Source of the DNA: Pavona decussata
Lineage: Eukaryota
Reading direction: 5' to 3'
DNA: 64,000 nt
NCBI GenBank assembly: GCA_977016875.1
Contig: CDRNST010000027.1
Location: 1,426,001 to 1,490,000, forward strand
The notes below the pieces were generated by a model. The model saw only the letters and a list, made by a program, of their open reading frames with translations, did no database searches and was not told the origin of the DNA. Below are positions 36,371-49,974 of the stretch, piece by piece. Numbering within the stretch: the stretch's first letter is position 1; every line of letters begins with the position of its first letter. The translations under genes were made by a program, and so were the position numbers.

Positions 36371-39300
36371 AGTTGTATCCAAAAGTGGTAGTATTGATCG
36401 ATCAAATTATAACTGAAAGGAGGTGCTGGAAACCGTTGTGAGCCGCCTTAAGTGACAAGACTAATAAGAGTTTAAAAATTTTAGGAGAAATTCGCCGCAG
36501 GGTAACAAGACTGGAATATTTACCAAAATCTTTTATTATTAATGAGCCGCCTTTCAGAGCAAGTCCGGCCTGGATGAATCTTAAAAGGACTGAAAGTGAA
36601 AGTTGATAATGAGCAAGATATTACGTCCGACTTTAAAATGGGCGGACGGGAGAATGTTCTCGTTCGCGAAAAGTGAATTTGGATGAGCTTCACTTCACTT
36701 AATTATATGTAAATGCTACTGACGCCTCAGTTCATAATTAAAATCCCTCTGTGCCTCATTACCAATTCAAAGCGATTTTAAATATCAGAATATAAACTGA
36801 GGGAGTTCCCCGACGAGAACTAACCATATTTCCCTCACGTAATACAGGTGTTCAACTCTTCAAGAAGGTTTCAGGGAAGGTGAATACCAACGGCGCTCAC
36901 AAGTCTATCATATCGCTCAGTAAAACTACATCTCTACTCAGTTTTCACACGAAGTAAGTATAACTAATCAGATTTGACAGGTTTGGCAATAATTCTGCAA
37001 CACATCGTTCGTGTGAATGCATTTTTTTAACCGCATTCTGCGCTATTTGTGATGTTTCCATTGACATAATGTTTAGCTTGAAGGATAATTCTCGTAACGT
37101 AAGTCCGTTGTCGAATTAATCGTCAGGTCTAAAGTTGACTGGCTTAAGGCTCAGGCAAAGTCCAAACATTTGTTACTTCATGTATTTGAAACGTAACCAA
37201 ACATCCGTCAAGAAAACGTGTTGTATCTGTTGGCGAGGAAAAAGCTTTGTATGGCGAACTGAGATTAAACCGTAGTAAAGAACCAAATTCACTATGGAAA
37301 TCTGTGATCGAAACAGTGATCGAATTCCACACTAGGCTAAAATTGGTTATTGTCAAAACTGTTTCAAACGTTTTGTACTTATCTATCACCATCGTCAATT
37401 GATCTGCAACCTTTTCAACCTGTTGATCATCTGAAATGACTTTGCCTAGACCTGCTAGTCAGTACATTCCGTGTCCTGTGAAAGATCACTTTTGCGAGAA
37501 ATAATTTTAAAAATCCTTTAATAATTTTAAAAACACCTTGTTTTTTTTTTTTTAAGCACATTTACATAAATAAAGCTAGTCGCATATTTAACATCAGTCA
37601 GTCGCCATATGAGATTATAATTTCAAATCAACAGTTGATCTTACGATTTTCACGAGACACGAGAACCTGCTCAGTACAAGCCAATACAAATCTTGTCTAC
37701 CGTGACTACAGATTGCAAGCATCTAAATTTCTTAAATTTCTTTTGTCAACAAGATTAACTGTAAACACGATTCGTTTTCACTTTACGTGCTTAACTCTCA
37801 ACTGCCTGAGGCTAATAGGACAAACAAACAGCGCGGCTGCAGGCATCCTTTAAACTGAACAGTTGTCAGGTGAGCAGTAGCTTTGAGTAAGAAAAAATAA
37901 GGTGCACGTGTCTTAATTTACATTCTAACTTATAAACCGCAGAGGTCCCGAGATATTCCTCGGTCGATAACTACTTCGGGACGACAAAATCGTTGCGAGA
38001 CAAGTTGCAGAGAGTAGATTCCAGTTTGCACGTCCATGTTGATAAGATAAAATTGTCAGGCAAAAGATTGGTCTCGCAACTTATTTATTCATTGAGACGA
38101 GTAGCACGAAAAAATTAGACGTCGTAAAATCACCTTTAGATTGCTTTCAAGCTCTTTATTTTAACACTCACATCACGTTTGAATACGAGCTACAATCACA
38201 TTTCAAAGAAGGTAGAAAATTTTACCAGAGTCTGCAGGTGTTTATTACCTCCATGTTACATTTTAGTTGCGTGCAATCAAAATCGTGTGCTGTGTTACGA
38301 TACAAATCTTACGAGTCAATCTTATTCTCAATCATTTACTCCCACTTGTTATTATTAGCGATTGCTAAAGCCTACGACCACAGGTCACCAAAGCGTGATA
38401 TAAGAGTTTGTATGGCGTTGAAATTTATTCGAAATGACACAACAATATTCCCACAGAAACTCATGAAACGGCACTTAGCCGGGAGGGGATGTGTGTAGTT
38501 TGTTACGGGCCAACGGTTTAGCGTGGATTCCCCCTGACGGGCGCATTTTAGTACTCGTTCCTAGGTTTGACCGTGAGTTTGTCATGACATTCCAGGGACA
38601 CGGCTCGGTCCGGGGCAGAAATGGCGCCCGATTTGACATCAACTTTCTTTTCAACGAGGATCTCTGTCTCAACAAATTAACTTTCCCGAGAAATAGTTGC
38701 TCTGAAAGGACCGCACATCATCCTTCTTGGCATATGGAGAGGCACGTAAGTTAAAGCCAATTGTAGCGAGGTTTTTGAAGTGCCCTCCTCAAATGACAGG
38801 TCAAATATGATTTAAATTCGACTTCAAGTTTGCGACCTTGTCATCAACATAATAAGGTGATGTACGTGGACAAGCCGCTGAGCGGTACACGGCTCAAAAC
38901 GGCGTTTGAAAGCACTGGGAAGCCTTGAAAACACGGCAAAACACACCAGGTAAGTTTTTTCAGACTTGATTATAATTCTTGTGGGTTTTGTGGGAATATT
39001 GTTGTCTAATTTTTTTCGATTTAATTTTAACGCCGTACAAACTCTTAAATCAATTGCTTTGGTGACCTATGCTACGACAAACAGACAGCAGTAATGTTAG
39101 GCCACAATTGCAACACAAAATTGCTGTGTCGTACCGTTCTTAATATACTCCTCTGCATTCTTACGAAAATCCGGGCGAATTGAAGCCTTCTATTTTTCAA
39201 CCCTGCGTTATTTGTAGTTACGTTTCGGCACTCATTGATTTGCCGCTTTCTAAATGAAAGGGTGGTATTTCTCTCGAAATATATTTTCAACGAAATATTT

Positions 39301-41516
39301 CGTTGACTAGGGTTTTATGTTGCTGGTATAATTCAAGGTACATTCGTGTTGACTTCATATCAACAACTTTCTAACTTCGCGACCCTTCAATTATTCGATG
39401 TTCTTGTTTTTGGAATAAAATGTTTTGTTCGTTTTCTTTATTCGAATTTATTTCAATTCATGCAGCGGTAAGGCTGTGTGAAATGGACAGTTTAACAGCC
39501 GATCTTGCGAGGTGTTGATTCGAATACATGTGAATCACTAAAAAGCAATTGAAGGTAACAGAAAACCGAAAGAAGATAAAGGAAATTGCCAATTCAGTTT
39601 AATTTGATCCCGTCTATCAGCTGCTATTTCGGTTAATTGGCTATTACTTTCCCATACTGTACTGTAACAACTCATATATTTTCAACTCAATTCGAAGAAA
39701 AATATATAAAGAAGAAAATAAACATGGTGGTTTCATTGATCAGCTTGGCGCCTTTTTTTAATTCTTTTTTTTTTAAATCCCTTTTCGACTTCACGAAAAT
39801 GCCGTTTTATGTGAAAGATGTTCTTTTATTTCCAAGATTTTTTTAAACAATAGCTTGTATTCACCTTTTGATAGATACCAGCCCATTGTTTCAATATTAT
39901 TACAGCTAACATACGCGCTTTTAAGGTATATTGCAAAACTGAGGAACTTAATATCTTATGCTCTTAACAGACAACATCAACATGTCAATTAATGTGTATA
40001 TAGCGTCCCTCATGCATTTTCTGCACGAAAACCGCGAACAGTTAGAAAAACTGTTTTCTTTTGTGCGTTCTATCTTCTAAAGCATCTAGCAAAGGGTTTA
40101 TAATTCAACTGCTTCTAAAATTTGGCCTGAAGATCTCGTAATTTGCCGGTACATCAGTTCAGAATCGGGACAGCTTGACTATTTTCATTATATTCCAAAT
40201 AACAGATACCGTTCATGTGATGTTTTCATGGTAACCACACTTGACAGGTTTTCCGACAATGCAATATTATTTTCTTCCGTTACAAATAGTGTGTCATCCC
40301 TGTTTTCGTATTATTTGTTTTTTATTTTTTACATTATATTACCAAAAGGTCTTGCTAGCAGCAGGCTTCTAATAAGTTAAAGAAGAAGTTAAGTTTTGTA
40401 AACACCTTTCGACAGAACCGTCATCGTCAGTTACAATGTGAGAGTGAATTTAAATATTTAAGTTAATATACAAGGTATAAACAATAGATGTTACATCGAA
40501 TAAAATCTATAACATGAATAAATGTATAAGTAGACATGAAAAAAGCACGTACAGACAACCAAAATTTAAGGAAAAGGACAAATTAAGATTACTAGTTGTG
40601 TTAGTTTTTCTCTATTGAATGTGGTTACCGGTGTTTGAGTTAGTTTTCGGCGGAAGTTTTGAAGAAATCCAGAAATCCAAGATGGCGGCCTTAAATAAAT
40701 CATGACTTAATCGGGAATTTCAATTCTGCTGTCCCTGTTGATGTAATTCAGGTGCAGTCTTTTGTGGATAGCTTCCTTGACATTACGGGTATACCAGTGA
40801 GAGTCTCGATCAATAAACTTTACCTCGTTCCAATATTAAATGACAATAGAGAGATTTAAAATTACGTCTACGGCAAAACGGCAGAAATGACCACGTGACC
40901 ATGTTTACTCTGCTTTTGCCGGTGGCTTCCTTTTTCAGTTTCTCGTGTTCAGTAAAATTGAGTAGTTTTGCATTAGCATCAAAGGCCAGAATTATTTTGC
41001 AGTTTTCTTATCTATGTACTCCCTTTTTCAAGACAACATTAATGCTAATCTCCCGTTTGCCGTTTGCCGTAAAAATCTCCCTAATGATAAGTAACAGGAA
41101 GATTGATTAAGTTCAGGAAATGAAGTGGCTCAGTTTTTACAGCATTTCTTTCTTTCATTTTTGTTTGTTTTAATTGCTTGTCTGTTTGTTTGTTTTTTCT
41201 TTGTCTTGTCTTTTAAACTGCTCCCCTGAGTTTAAGTGAAAATAATTCCAAGGCTACTCTCTATGGGTAGAACAATCACTTCATCGGAAAGTGCAATTAC
41301 GAGAAAAATGGCGGAAAATCACACTTAATAGCTTAACCGCAAAGGAAGCATCTGCCCGCTGATTGAAAATAGCTCCTTTTCCATCCGCAGGTGCTTATGA
41401 TTGTCTTAAAGGCAACTTTATCAACCAAAACAGACTCTAGGTGCGAGGTTGCAAGAGGATATAATAAAAAAACTGCCGATAACCAACCCGCCTTTGTTTT
41501 GCAGGAGGAATTAGCT

Positions 41517-42512
41517 ATGGCGGCTATGAACAACACATCATTGATGTCACTCAAACCAAGCGAGACTCCAAAACTTGGAAATAGCAAGGAAGGATATTTC
41601 TGGTGTTCGTTATTTGTAACTGAAGCTCTCATCATCATCATACTCAATATCATAACCATTACCGTCTTTATTAAGAAGCCCTGTTTGCGCAAGCGCAGTG
41701 CATATTTGCTCATCAATCTTTCACTGACTGATGTGTGTGTAGGAGCGATCGTGATACCCATTTCCATCTTTCGTCGTGGAAACACTTATGGACTGTGGAA
41801 CGTTCAAATGACTCAAGCACTGTTCATTTCCACATACGGAGTTGATACGTTCTTCTTTGGTTGTTCCCTTGCGTTTCTTGTATCCTTATCAATCGAGAGA
41901 TTACACGCTACAAGGCATCCAATGCGACATCGGTTGATATCAAGTTCATCGTACAAGATATGGATATTTAGCGTCTGGGTGGCATCAGTTATCTACACGT
42001 CTATCACGGTGTCGTTCTTGCATTTCAACATTCTCGGCCTGTACTTCTGGTACATCGTGGCTGGATGCGTCCTCATTTGTCTTTTGCTTTTAACCTGCTG
42101 TTATATGGCGATATTTTTCACGGTACGATGTAGCAAACGACCTGAACTCACTAATCGTCACGCTAGAACAGAACGCAAACTTACTGTGACACTGTTCATT
42201 GTCACGCTGGTTTCTTTATCAGTGTGGCTCCCATATGTGTTGTTCACGTTCTTTGAATTTAAGCTGTTAACTTTGTTATCTGTGGGAGCACTATTACGCC
42301 TGCGAAGTGTCTGTGAGGTGCTGTTCTTTGCTAACTCTTTCGTGAATCCAGTACTCTATACAATCAGGATGCGCGAGTTTCGAAAAGCAATTAAATCTTA
42401 TATATTAACCGCTTTTCCCTTCCTATCTAGAATTGGCTCGAATAACAAATCAATGCGATCCAAAAGAAGGAAACGGGACTCTTTAAACCATACAGAAACT
42501 GCCTTGTCTTAA
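41517..42512 (+). CDS. Class A (rhodopsin-like) orphan GPCR, 331 aa
   Basis: Seven hydrophobic segments; TM1 LN, TM2 NLSLTD, ERL at the DRY position, TM6 VWLPY, TM7 NSFVNPVLY; N-glycosylation site NTS. A splice acceptor tttgttttgcag ends at 41504 just before the ATG, so the ORF-track N-extension is probably intronic. Confidence 0.9.
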   Translation: MAAMNNTSLMSLKPSETPKLGNSKEGYFWCSLFVTEALIIIILNIITITVFIKKPCLRKRSAYLLINLSLTDVCVGAIVIPISIFRRGNTYGLWNVQMTQALFISTYGVDTFFFGCSLAFLVSLSIERLHATRHPMRHRLISSSSYKIWIFSVWVASVIYTSITVSFLHFNILGLYFWYIVAGCVLICLLLLTCCYMAIFFTVRCSKRPELTNRHARTERKLTVTLFIVTLVSLSVWLPYVLFTFFEFKLLTLLSVGALLRLRSVCEVLFFANSFVNPVLYTIRMREFRKAIKSYILTAFPFLSRIGSNNKSMRSKRRKRDSLNHTETALS

Positions 42513-42699
42513 GGGAAATCTGAGGTTCCGAGGTTCATTTTAAAAGCTTTAAATAATGAACAAGACTCGAAGAGAAACTGAAGAGATTGCATAGTCAGAT
42601 CATGTTATTTACTGAAATCATTTAACAGCAGGCTGGAAGAGCTGAAACTGTAAATCATTCCCTTTTGAACTTGTCACGTAGAGCTAACATTGGGTTAAA

Positions 42700-42843
42700 C
42701 AATAATGATGATGAGGATGATGATGATGATGATAATGATGATGATCATTATTATTATGGCGATAGCAATGTTGATGGTAAAGGTGGTTGTGATCGTGATC
42801 GCAATGGCAATGGCGGTGGTGATGGTGATGGCGATGGTGACGG

Positions 42844-42878
<35 letters not shown>

Positions 42879-44150
42879 GCGATGGCGACGGTGATACTGA
42901 TGATGATGGCGATGGTGATGGAGATACTAATGATGATAGCGATGGTGATGGAGATACTGATGGTGATGGTGATTGTGATAGTGATACTTATGGCAATGGT
43001 GATAGCCATGGAGATACTGATGGCGGTAATGATGGTGATACTGATGGTGATAACCATGGTGATGTAGATGGTGATTGTGATAGTGCTACTGATGGCGGTG
43101 TGATGGTTATACTGATGGCGATAGCCAAGATGATACTTATGGCGATGGTGATCGATGGTGATGGTGATGGTGATGATGATACTGATGGCGATGTTGATGT
43201 TGTTGGTGATAATGATGGTGATGGCGAGTGGTGGTGGTGATACTGATGGTGATGTTGATGTTATTGGTGATACTGATGGCGATGGGAGTGGTGGTGGTGA
43301 TACTGATTGTGATGGTGATACTGATGGTGATGTTGATACTGATGGCAACGGCCATGTTGATAGTGATAGTGATGGGATGGCGAGTGGTGGTGGTGATGCT
43401 AATGGTGATTGTGACACTGATGGTGATGGTGATACTGATGGCAATGGCGATGTTAATAGTGATAGTGATGGGATGGCGAGTGGTGGTGGTGATACTGATG
43501 GTGATGTTGATGTTATTGGTGATACTGATGGCGATGGGAGTGGTGGTGGTGATACTGATTGTGATGGTGATACTGATGGTGATGTTGATACTGATGGCAA
43601 CGGCCATGTTGATAGTGATAGTGATGGGATGGCGAGTGGTGGTGGTGATGCTAATGGTGATTGTGACACTGATGGTGATGGTGATACTGATGGCAATGGC
43701 GATGTTAATAGTGATAGTGATGGGAGGGCGAGTGGTGGTGGTGATACTGATGGTGATGGTGACACTGATGGTGATGGCAATGACGATGTTGATAGTGATA
43801 GTGATGGCCATGGCGATAGCGATGGTGAGTGGTGGTGGTGTTGGTGATGGCGATGCTGATGTTGTTGGTGATATTGATGGTGATGACGATGGTGATGGTG
43901 ATCTGATGGTGATGGTGATATTGATGGCAATGGCAATGTTGATGGTGATAGTGATGGCGATGGCGATAGCGATGGTGAGTGATGGTAGTGACGGTGATGG
44001 CGATGTTGATGTTGTTGGTGATATTGATGGCGATGGTGATGGTGATTGTGATACTTGGCGATGTTGATGGTGATACCAATGGTGATGACAATATTGATGG
44101 TGATAATGATGGCGATGGTGATGGCAATGGTGATGGTTGCGCTGACGATG
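42700..44150 (+). repeat. Cryptic (GAT/GGT)n trinucleotide satellite with an internal 252-bp higher-order duplication
   Basis: The unit starting tggcgagtggtggtggtgatactgatgg recurs at 43222, 43474 and ~43726. Confidence 0.9.
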
Positions 44151-44499
44151 GTCTTACGAATTTTAGAATATACAACTAATGAAGAACGCCTGGCTGTCAC
44201 ATCTGGTGTTATCTTTAGGTCGTGTTTGACGAAATATTAAACAAATATACAGTATGCCACGACATGTGTATAGCCAGCCCTTCTTCATTCAGTAGTTGTT
44301 GCCCTGTTGGGGGCTTCTACGATTAAGGGATAACTCACAAAATAATTCCAAGTACTGGATCATTGGATAACACAATTTTAGACTTTTCGTTGGCTTGGCT
44401 GCAATGGGAAATCCCTAGTTTTCACTGAACAAAACACGTCATGTGGTACAAAATCGGACGGCTGTTATCAGACGATCAAAGTCGTAAAAATATAATAAA

Positions 44500-44745
44500 T
44501 CATTTTATTTCAGTACCAATTTATTTAGCGCAGAGCACTAATTGGGGACACTATTGAGATCGAATTGGAGTTTAGAAGTGTTGGTTTTGATAAGAGGGGA
44601 AAACCGGAGTACCCGGAGAAAAACTTCTCGGAGAAAGGATAAGAACAAACAACAAACTCAACCCACATATGAAGCCGAATCCGGGAATCGAACCCGGGCC
44701 ACAATGGTGGGAGAGGAATGCTCTAACCACTGCTCCATCCCTCCT
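44500..44745 (-). mobile_element. tRNA-derived SINE
   Basis: Minus strand: gggatggagcagtggttagagc...ccgggttcgattcccgga (A/B boxes), central ttctccgggtactccggttttccc (V-domain-like), AT-rich tail. Confidence 0.85.
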
Positions 44746-45321
44746 CCTGATTTGATAAACGTTCCCCGATTCCTTTCGACGAGAAAAATAAACAAAGAAC
44801 ATTACAGTTTTGATTCTTAGTTGTTGTAACGTAATCACATTTTAATAAAATGTAGTTAACTTGATAGCTTGCATTTATTTGGCTGCAATTAGGTCGTGGC
44901 CATCACTGACTTTTTTGCCTTTTCCACTGGAAAAAGCGTTTCAGAAATTAGTCGGAGAGTTATAAAATAAATAAGCCCTTTTCCGGCTTGCTGGTATACC
45001 GGATGATAATTCCCTTAGCTTAAAGATTATCCTAAAATTTAACAGTTTCTCTCGAAGCTTAAATCGTATTTTGGTCTTTTTTGCAAAATTCTGTGTTTCT
45101 TTATAATCAAATAATTATTCCACTCGCGCTTGTTGGATATTATACTCATTATTAAAAACTAGATCATTGTATCATCTCATATCCAAAGCGCGCTCGTGGA
45201 ATAACCTTTAAGAATTGTTTCAAGGACAAAGGATAACCAAGCTCTCAAAGACAATACTTGCAGGGATAATACAAGCTTGGTGAGTAAAATTTTGAAAACA
45301 ATTATGATAGCAATAGTAAAA

Positions 45322-45710
45322 TCAGTAAATCTTTAATGGGGAAGCTGCTATTGAACAAACAGTAAAACGAGTGTATAACAAGGTTATCAACAGATTTTTA
45401 AGGAAAAATAGCGAGATGCTCAGCCCTTCGCCGTTGTAACGCTTCCAGCGGAGCGTCGCAAGTGCGTCGCTTGCAGAAGCGCGCCGGGGAAGATCTAAAA
45501 TGAGTCGCGCAGTCTTATTGTGTAGAACTTGTAGCTCGGCCATAAGAGTAGTATTGCGTTGGTCTCCCGAAAATAATATTGTCGTAGTCAAAAAGAGGTA
45601 TACTACAAAGGAGTTATAAAAAAAGTAATCCTAGCACTTAATGGTAGGCAGTATTTGATGCGCTGCAGAAGACCTAATTTCTTGTTTATGTTATGGCGCA
45701 TGTAATCATG
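45322..45710 (-). mobile_element. CR1/L2-like LINE 3' remnant
   Basis: LQVLHNKTARLILDLPRRASASDALATLRWK motif; broken frame. Confidence 0.7.
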
Positions 45711-47260
45711 TAAGGTTCTTATTAATAACTAATTCTATGCTATTCTAAGTATGGAAAAGATTGGGCTTCTTCAAGATGTTTACTGTTAGCGGAAATAAAA
45801 ATTATATCGATTCCACTTAGCCTCGCATTACTCCCAAATTGTAAATTGTAACTTACCCGTAAAGTCATTTATTGGCTGCTTACTTAGGGAATTATTAATG
45901 AGTTTGGAAAGTATTTTTCTTAAATGTTCTCGTTGTGTGTCCCTGAGCGTAATGCGTGAATAATAAAATTAACCAGACGGCAGTTTGTCGTCTCACAAAG
46001 TAATACAACTAAAGAATAAGGGGTGAAGTCCCAAGCGTGGTAAGTGTACGTTAAACCAAATTTGAGGGATTCTGGAAAAAGTGTGCATGGCAATAAATCC
46101 CCAATGTACACCTTTCGCATATATTTCTACTTAAAATTCGGCTGCCATTTGTAGTCAACCTTGACACTCTAATTTACATAAGACTTAACTACTTGTTCAA
46201 TAATTTTGACTTTAAGTTTTAGATTTATATATAATAACAAATCATACGCTCTTTTTCGAGGTAAAATTGTCAACATTGTTTTTATTAAAGTGGCTCTTAA
46301 TTTGAGTTGTTTTAATAATTATGAGGAGTTATGTTGCTGGTAATTACTTCAGGATATTGCGGTTGAAATAATAAATTATGAGTTGTGTGCTAGTGTTTTC
46401 ATTATGCTTTGCATTTTATTAAGAGAACTGAGACTTCCTGAAACGGTATAGATTAACTTTCCAAATATATTTTACAAGTTTTGCAGTCGACGCTGAGTTA
46501 GTTGATATCTCTCAATGTAATAGTTTCTCGTAGATTTAATTTTAGTTTACTTTATGCTGATCAAAAGTTGTTTTCTCCTGGTACGAATTCAGTGTGAAGC
46601 AAATTCCAGCTGTTTTGGACTGTTTCCTCGGAAAAATATCACAGATTAAAATATGGCCAAATTGGTTTTCAGAAATAACAATGGATTGCTAATGTCCGAT
46701 TAACCTCTTGCCAGGGCTTGCCTGGAAATAACTTGTTCACCCGTTTTTTTATAGTTTTTGGTGTAATTCCGCCGTGTTTCAAGCCGAATTTGTACTAGTT
46801 GATTTTTACCTTTAATTACTTTAACTTTCTATCATTTAGATAACTAAGTAGTGTTAAGACTTTTAATCTAAAGATGATTATTGAAAGGAAACACCTATTG
46901 TACCAGATCTGTTGTACTTACATGAACAGTACTTTTAATTACGACTCCGATCTTGTAAACACGTGCTTTGGAAAAAGGTGGAACCAAGATTTGGAGAAGA
47001 AGGTTGGGTTCTTTCTTTAGCTTTCGTTGTAGTATCAATGTATGAAAATAGTGTTCATTTGTAAAAGATAGAATTAAACATTCCTTGTAATTTTTATATT
47101 GCTCTCCTTACTTTGTTCCGTCCAGATCGTTTGGGAATCACGTTGAAAATTTAATAACAAGAGAATCATTTCGACTACTGTAGCTCTGTCGAAGGAAAAT
47201 ATGTTAATTATTCGCGTGCTCAAGCGTACTATCGAGTAAGAATTACTGCGAAAGGCATTA

Positions 47261-47794
47261 CCGTATTTACTCGAATAAGCGCCGCCCCCGAACAAGCGCC
47301 GCCCTCGATTAAGCGCCGCACATGAAGCGGAATGGTTAATAAGCGCCGCCCTCGAATAAGCGCCGCAGCACCGGTGCGGCGATTATTTGAGTATTTCCAT
47401 AAGATGATAAAAATACACTGTAATCGCTGCGATGCGGTTCTAAGCCAACAATGGGAATTTATTTTCATCAATAGTGATGTTTTCAGTTGGAAGTGAGTAT
47501 GTCTTGATGCTCTTTCATTTAGTTCTCTCTTCAAAGTGTTCGCGTTCTTCAGTTCTTGCGTGAAGGCTGTAAACTTTGCCGGTAAGAGAAGCCCAACCTC
47601 CCTCTTTCTCTTCCCTGTAACTGTTGCAGTAAGGAGATTGTCAGCGTTTGCTTGTACAATCAAAATGTTTTGGCTTTGTGGTATGAGCCTTTTAATAAGC
47701 GCCGCCCTCAAATAAGCGCCGCCCTCGAATAAGCGCCGCACAGGAGACACGAAAAATTAAATAAGCGCCGCGGCGCTTATTCGAGTAAATACGG
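47261..47794. mobile_element. pogo/Tc1-type MITE with captured coding fragment
   Basis: Perfect 25-bp TIR ccgtatttactcgaataagcgccgc; TA TSD; aataagcgccgc subrepeats; internal minus-strand VTGKRKREVGLLLPAKF (HIRAN-like, tentative). Confidence 0.85.
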
Positions 47795-48439
47795 TACGTT
47801 AGCCTAAAATTACGGTTGATGAGATTTTGACTGTTGATTGACAGTTCCCGCCAGGACGTTGTAAAAGTAGCGAGAAATCCTTCGTTGCCATCCTAACATG
47901 GTGTGAACAAACAAAAAGTTCAAAAAAAGAAGGACAACTAAACGTTCCTTTCTTCTCTGTGTTATACCCTAACAAATTTAGCATAACTCAAATACTTTAG
48001 CGGACCAAGATTAACTGGAAGGTTCTGAGTGTCAGCTGAAAAATACGCCGGACAGCACATTCGGCAATAACATGTTCAATAATTTTGACTTTAATTTTTA
48101 AATTCATCAGTATTTATTAATGTTAGTCCGTTGTCAACACCTTATTACAAAAAATTTTGGCGACACTTTAATTTAGCGATTTTGAAAAATCCTTATTTAG
48201 CGGCACTTTAATTTAGCGATTTTTCGTAAATTTTGGAACATAATGCACTTATCATTGGCTTTCCCGGGGGTTGACCCCCGGGACACACCCGGGAAACCCC
48301 CGGGAACATGCGGGGAATTGTACATTTTTGACAATATTTTGGGCCCGCGGGGTGGGGATATTGTTTAGTTTTGAAAACGAACGCTGCAGACCCCAGGGAT
48401 GAACCCCCGGGATTCGGTCATCATTGGTCAACGGCACAT

Positions 48440-48790
48440 GGCATGTTAAAATGGGGTTGACAGAGCTGCGCGACTCCCACTGTGTGTCCGTTGTGTTGAT
48501 AAAAGCCTTTTCAGTTTTGCTTTTACAAGTATGTCTTTCAGCGATTTTCCTTTTGTATAAGAGATTCTTCCCCAGATCAAAATGTGATGCGACTGCGCTG
48601 CTTCATGGTGTTTGTCTTGATCATGAGGGGGAATTCTCAAATATACTGAATGGAGGGTTTTTTACTGATCATTCTGAGCCATAAGGATTAGTTTTTGATA
48701 TGCCATTGTGTATGCTAGCTCTGTGGCATTTGGTCAGTCAATCCAAGGCTTATCGGCTTGGATTGACTGCAAGATTTCAGGTAGCACTAA
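48440..48790 (-). mobile_element. PLE remnant inside a ccccggg-rich TIR element (~48256-49398)
   Basis: ISYTKGKSLKDILVKAKL is a typical PLE linker end; flanking inverted repeats ggctttcccgggggttga / tcaacccccgggaaagcc. Confidence 0.55.
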
Positions 48791-48881
48791 ATAAATGTTA
48801 TCTGTGAAGATACAGGATCCCTGGATTTCTTAACTCGTGAATTTATGCTTATGCTATTGTATCTCGCTGCGGGAAGATTGT

Positions 48882-48985
48882 TAGCCTCCCACGCAGACGT
48901 CCTTAGGGGCTCGTCACGCGTTTCCTTCCCCACGAACGGAAGGAAACACGTGACGAACCCCAAAGGACGTCCGCGTGGGAGGCTA
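48882..48985. mobile_element. 104-bp palindromic MITE
   Basis: TIRs tagcctcccacgcagacgtcc / ggacgtccgcgtgggaggcta; TSD gaagattg(t/c). Confidence 0.85.
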
Positions 48986-49974
48986 GAAGATTGCAGGAAG
49001 TTTGTAATCACGGATATGAGTGTCTAACAAATCCTCGTCTTTACAAAGCTCGCTTTCGAGAGCTATAATGCTATAGCTTGTTGCGCTGTCTTTTAGTTCT
49101 CTGAGTTGCTTTTTATCTGAAAAACAGCTATTGTGTTCTTAGAGCTGACATGTACCTCCATTATTTTGTGGCTTAGCTTGCATCCGCAGCAGATATTTAA
49201 AGCTTAGACATGCAACTGTCTTGTGAGTCTCTAGGATGCTAGCGAAAAATGAAGGTATTCTGGCTCCTAAGCCCCTGGGGAGGGGGATTTGGCGTGACTT
49301 TTATGCCCTATTCCCCGGGGATTTAGAAGGTGTTTGTTTGATCGTTTTAAAAAACAAATCCCCGGGGGTATCCCAGGGATCAACCCCCGGGAAAGCCCGC
49401 TTCTCAACACATTCCACTAAAAAACCGTGTCTCCGATTTTTGACAAGTGCGTTTGTTTCTCTTTTATTAGCAAATGAAGCTGGGGAAGGCAATTAGTCAA
49501 CACTCCCTGTGGAAAAAAAGCTCTAGCTTTAAAATCAAAAGGAGTATTAAAATTCGCAGGTTATGGCATCACTATGGCCAAATTTTAGCGAAATTGATTG
49601 AAAGGCTGCCAACTTGGAGTTCAAAATGTACGAGCCGATCGGCAAAATTTGCGTTCGGAGATAAAATGGAAAATACATTTTTGGCGGCATCTTATTCAGA
49701 TTGATATCAGAGAGGGATCAATTTTCTCTAACAATAGGACTTTGACAGGTAACATGTAACAGGAACAAACTTTCGCGGAAGGCAGCGGGAAATATAAATT
49801 ATTTTGCTTCCAGTCAGTTCAGTGTTACCGCGTGTGGACAAAAGACAAAATTTGTTGAGGTGAGTGAACGTACAAGCATAGTAATCGTTTAATTTACAAA
49901 CAACAATACAGTTTTCATGTAGCGATAAATAGGTTGGTAAAGATGCCGAAAACCAGTGCGAAATCAACACGAGC

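Noticed and set aside
34000-37480. Minus-strand exon-like stretches (34128-34457, 35353-35484 with a signal-peptide-like start, 36850-37480)
   Set aside because: They contain stops, I could not join them into a gene model, and I recognise no family; at most unidentified pseudogene debris.
41391-41516. N-terminal extension of the first GPCR in the ORF track
   Set aside because: It starts at GTG upstream of a clear splice acceptor, and the paralog has an acceptor at the equivalent position.
42665-44200. Long ORFs (up to 501 aa) on both strands
   Set aside because: They are by-products of the trinucleotide satellite: low complexity, overlapping in many frames, with no domain or signal peptide.
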